A stretch of 64,000 bases of DNA from contig JAJDCB010000028.1 of NCBI GenBank assembly GCA_029261065.1, positions 447 through 64,446 of the forward strand, read 5' to 3'. Both the position numbers and the translations under genes were made by a program. Under the pieces are notes generated by a model. That model was not told the origin of the DNA, searched no databases, and saw nothing but the letters and a program-made list of their open reading frames with translations. Positions 61,501 through 64,000 of this stretch are shown here, piece after piece. The DNA comes from Candidatus Omnitrophota bacterium (GTDB taxonomy: Bacteria; Omnitrophota; Gorgyraeia; Zapsychrales; Zapsychraceae). Numbering within the stretch: the stretch's first letter is position 1; each line of letters starts with the position of its first letter.

Positions 61501-64000
61501 ATGAGTAAGATTAATAAAAAAGGCCAAAATGCTGTTGAATACTTGCTTATGATTGCAAGTATTGTCTTACTGCTCATCATTGTCCTTGGCCCCAATGGAT
61601 TTCTCACCAAAAGTATTAATGATTCTTTAAATCAAGCTGTTGATGGCATTGATAGTCTTTCCAATTCACTGTGTTTTGGTGTTGGAGGAGGAACGTGCGT
61701 TTGTGGAGACGGTGTCATTGATCCTGACGAAGATTGTGATGATAGTAATACTGATGCGACAGATGGATGCCATAATTGTAGAAGAACGGGTGTTTGTGGT
61801 AACGCTTTACTTGAAGCAGGGGAGGATTGCGAGCCATCAGGTCCAGCAGATACGACGTGTACGCAAAGTTGTAAATTTCCAGCAGGTGTTAATTTTTGCG
61901 GAAACAATGCTTGCGATGGAGCTGAGAACTGTAACTCGTGTCCTTTAGATTGTGGGAATTGTTGTGGACAGTTGGGTTGTCAGGCTGGTTTTGGGGAAAC
62001 CTGTGCGACATGTCCTGGAGATTGTCCTGTTCCAGGATCCCCATTTGGACCTTGTTGCGGGGATGCTATTTGTAATTTATCCGAAACATTTCTTACGTGT
62101 CCAGCGGATTGTGTGAATACATGTGGAAATAATATTTGTAATACTGGAGAGACGTGTGCGACGTGTCCTGGAGATTGTGGCGCTTGTCCAGCTAATATTT
62201 GTGGGGATGGGCAATGTGATTCTGGTGAGGATTGTAATGGGTGTCCTGGTGATTGTGGAGCTTGCTGTCCCAATGGAGCATGCGATTTTGGCGAAGATTG
62301 TTCATCTTGTGAAGCAGATTGTGGGGCGTGTTCTCCAGGTGGCTGTGGGACTGATAGTTTTTGTGATGTGGGTGCCGGAGAAACCTGTAGCAGTTGTCCA
62401 GAGTGCTGTTGTGGGGATAACTTTTGTGATGCTTCTCCTACGGGTGGAGAAACATGTTCAAATTGTCCAATCGACTGCGGGGCGTGTTGTGGGGATAATG
62501 TTTGTAATACATCTCAAGGAGAGGATTGTTCAACGTGTTTTGCTGATTGTGGGGGATGTGGTATTTGCGGAGATGGCCCTTGTTTAGCTATTGATGGTGA
62601 AAACTGTTCTACTTGTCCTTTAGATTGTGGCTCTTGTCCATCAATTTGTCCTGATGGAACCTGTTTAGGCGTTACCATAGTCGCTGGCGTACCAATCCCT
62701 GAAGACTGTGCTAGTTGTCCCCAGGATTGTGGATCTTGCCAGCCAGGATGTGGTGATGGTTCGGGATGTGATGCAACAGCAGGTGAAAATTGTTTAAATT
62801 GTTCTCCTGATTGTGGTGGGTGTTGTGGAAATGGTATTTGTGATTTTTTTGAAGATGTTTTTACATGTCAAGTCGATTGCGATGATGTGTGTGGGGATTT
62901 CTTTTGTAGTGATTCAGAAGATTGTTTAGGTTGTCCCCTAGATTGTGGAGCGTGTGAAGTTGCTTGTACGGATTTAGGGAGTACTGGAGATAACATTTGT
63001 TCTCCTCCTATGGAGACGTGTTTAACGTGTCCAAGTGAGTGTGGTGCTTGTTCTGCTGTTGGATGTGGTAACGGTACTTGTGAAATTATTGAGAACTGCT
63101 TTACGTGTTCGTTTGATTGTGGGGTATGTTGTGGAGATGGAACATGTACCATAGGAGTTGAAGATTGTATAAGTTGTTCATCGGACTGTGGAGACTGTTC
63201 TGACTGTGGTAATAATAATTGTGACGCGGGAGAAACCTGTTTTAATTGTTCTGACGATTGTTCACTGTGTTGTGGTGATGGAGACTGTTCTGTTCTTGAG
63301 AATTGTAGTGTTTGTCCAGCAGACTGTGGAAATTGTCAAACACCCTGTGGCAATGGAACGTGCGATATTGGGGAAACTTGTTATACATGCCCACAGGATT
63401 GTTTTTCACCCACGACAGGATGTTGCGGCGATGGCGCTTGTCCTGTCTTTATCGAAAATTGTTCAACGTGTCGTGCCGATTGTGGAGATTGTGATGATTG
63501 TGGAGATGGAGATTGTAACACGTTAGATGGGGAAAGTTGTTTGAGTTGTCAGGATGATTGTGGTCTGTGTTGTGGAGATACAGTTTGTGATACGGACACA
63601 GAAACATGTGAAACATGTCCTACCGATTGCTGTCCAAGTTGTGGGGATAATAATCTCGATGCAGGTGAAGAATGTGATGATGGGAATAACGCTTCCGGAG
63701 ATGGCTGTGCCGGCGATTGTACGAATGAACCTCTAAATTGTGGGGATTGTATCGTGCAAGCCGGGGAAGATTGTGATGATTGTAATAATGTCGATAATGA
63801 TGGATGTACCAATCTGTGTCGGGGGGGCGTGTGTGGAGATAGTGTTGTCAATACAGGAGAACAATGTGATCCTCCGGATGTGGCCACTGGTTGTAATGCT
63901 TTTTGTAATTTTGAATTTTGTGGGGATGGTGATATCCAAACGGGTGAAGATTGTGATCCTCCTAGTGCAGGTACTTGCTCCTCTACTTGTAAATTTATAG
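61501..64000 (+). CDS. Giant Cys-rich repeat protein with N-terminal Flp/TadE-type (class III, prepilin) signal peptide. Partial: continues beyond the window end; >=833 aa in window
   Basis: N-terminus MSKINKKG|QNAVEYLLMIASIVLLLIIVLG: basic n-region, Gly then Glu at +5 and Tyr at +6, followed by ~20 hydrophobic residues (Flp/TadE/archaeal pilin motif G-x-x-A-x-E-Y). Then >20 units of C-P-x-D-C-G-x-C / C-G-D-G-x-C-D type repeats. The last ~130 aa switch to Myxococcus-type repeats (..CGDNNLDAGEECDDGNNASGDGCAGDC.., ..CGDGDIQTGEDCDPP..). No stop before 64000; the frame is not in the ORF track because it is incomplete. Confidence 0.75.
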   Translation, partial: MSKINKKGQNAVEYLLMIASIVLLLIIVLGPNGFLTKSINDSLNQAVDGIDSLSNSLCFGVGGGTCVCGDGVIDPDEDCDDSNTDATDGCHNCRRTGVCGNALLEAGEDCEPSGPADTTCTQSCKFPAGVNFCGNNACDGAENCNSCPLDCGNCCGQLGCQAGFGETCATCPGDCPVPGSPFGPCCGDAICNLSETFLTCPADCVNTCGNNICNTGETCATCPGDCGACPANICGDGQCDSGEDCNGCPGDCGACCPNGACDFGEDCSSCEADCGACSPGGCGTDSFCDVGAGETCSSCPECCCGDNFCDASPTGGETCSNCPIDCGACCGDNVCNTSQGEDCSTCFADCGGCGICGDGPCLAIDGENCSTCPLDCGSCPSICPDGTCLGVTIVAGVPIPEDCASCPQDCGSCQPGCGDGSGCDATAGENCLNCSPDCGGCCGNGICDFFEDVFTCQVDCDDVCGDFFCSDSEDCLGCPLDCGACEVACTDLGSTGDNICSPPMETCLTCPSECGACSAVGCGNGTCEIIENCFTCSFDCGVCCGDGTCTIGVEDCISCSSDCGDCSDCGNNNCDAGETCFNCSDDCSLCCGDGDCSVLENCSVCPADCGNCQTPCGNGTCDIGETCYTCPQDCFSPTTGCCGDGACPVFIENCSTCRADCGDCDDCGDGDCNTLDGESCLSCQDDCGLCCGDTVCDTDTETCETCPTDCCPSCGDNNLDAGEECDDGNNASGDGCAGDCTNEPLNCGDCIVQAGEDCDDCNNVDNDGCTNLCRGGVCGDSVVNTGEQCDPPDVATGCNAFCNFEFCGDGDIQTGEDCDPPSAGTCSSTCKFI

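Overview
This 64-kb window is from a bacterial genome of about 40% GC (by eye). It uses the standard genetic code: TGA is a stop, including ATGA stop/start overlaps at 22141 and 26231, and a sigma-70 factor and Shine-Dalgarno sites (GGAGG) are present.

The left 18 kb (1-17977, minus strand) is one uninterrupted reading frame. It starts at the ATG at 17977, runs off the window, and is at least 5,990 aa long. The complete-ORF track cannot show it because it has no stop codon in the window. It encodes a giant secreted mosaic protein:
- signal peptide, then two FN3-like modules and a Ser/Thr/Pro linker;
- about 45 tandem Myxococcus-type cysteine-rich repeats;
- a four-fold super-repeat of cassettes, each made of a ~100-aa beta-sandwich module, a bacterial Ig-like module, a right-handed beta-helix and a PKD-like module;
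- interspersed CBM9-like and F5/8 type C (discoidin)-like modules.

The right end (61501 to past 64000, + strand) is the start of a second giant Cys-rich repeat protein. Its N-terminus is a Flp/TadE-type prepilin leader.

Between the two giant genes are about 40 tightly packed genes, almost all on the + strand:
- a DUF3015/DUF4105 envelope pair and an RsmB-family rRNA methyltransferase;
- a glycosylation island (two paralogous GT2 genes, a GnT-I-like GT, a GT4, and a DUF4124-glutaredoxin fusion), followed by N-succinylarginine dihydrolase (astB);
- a nucleotidyltransferase-fold gene with a small partner ORF, and a HEAT-repeat protein;
- an archaeal-type Hel308 helicase (minus strand);
- a kinase-fold protein, an IMPase/CysQ-family protein, a TPR protein, dtd, tatD and an AhpD-like decarboxylase;
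- PolX with a PHP domain, an NfnAB-like pair, panB, glycyl-tRNA synthetase (alpha2 type) and pyruvate phosphate dikinase with a Lys-rich tail;
- a sigma-70 factor, an HTH-less LacI-like protein, apt and a TMTC-like TPR glycosyltransferase;
- tRNA-Arg(CCU) and an outer-membrane porin;
- a ParA-family ATPase fused to an AMPK-beta/CBM48 glycogen-binding domain, a DUF4870-like membrane protein, and a histone H1-like Lys-rich protein.

The 41-56 kb region is dotted with a family of hairpin-containing inverted-repeat elements (MITE/REP-like). Their arms have the core GTCATCCCCGCGAAAGCGGGGATCC, and they sit exactly in intergenic gaps. No CRISPR array, rRNA gene or obvious transposase gene is present.
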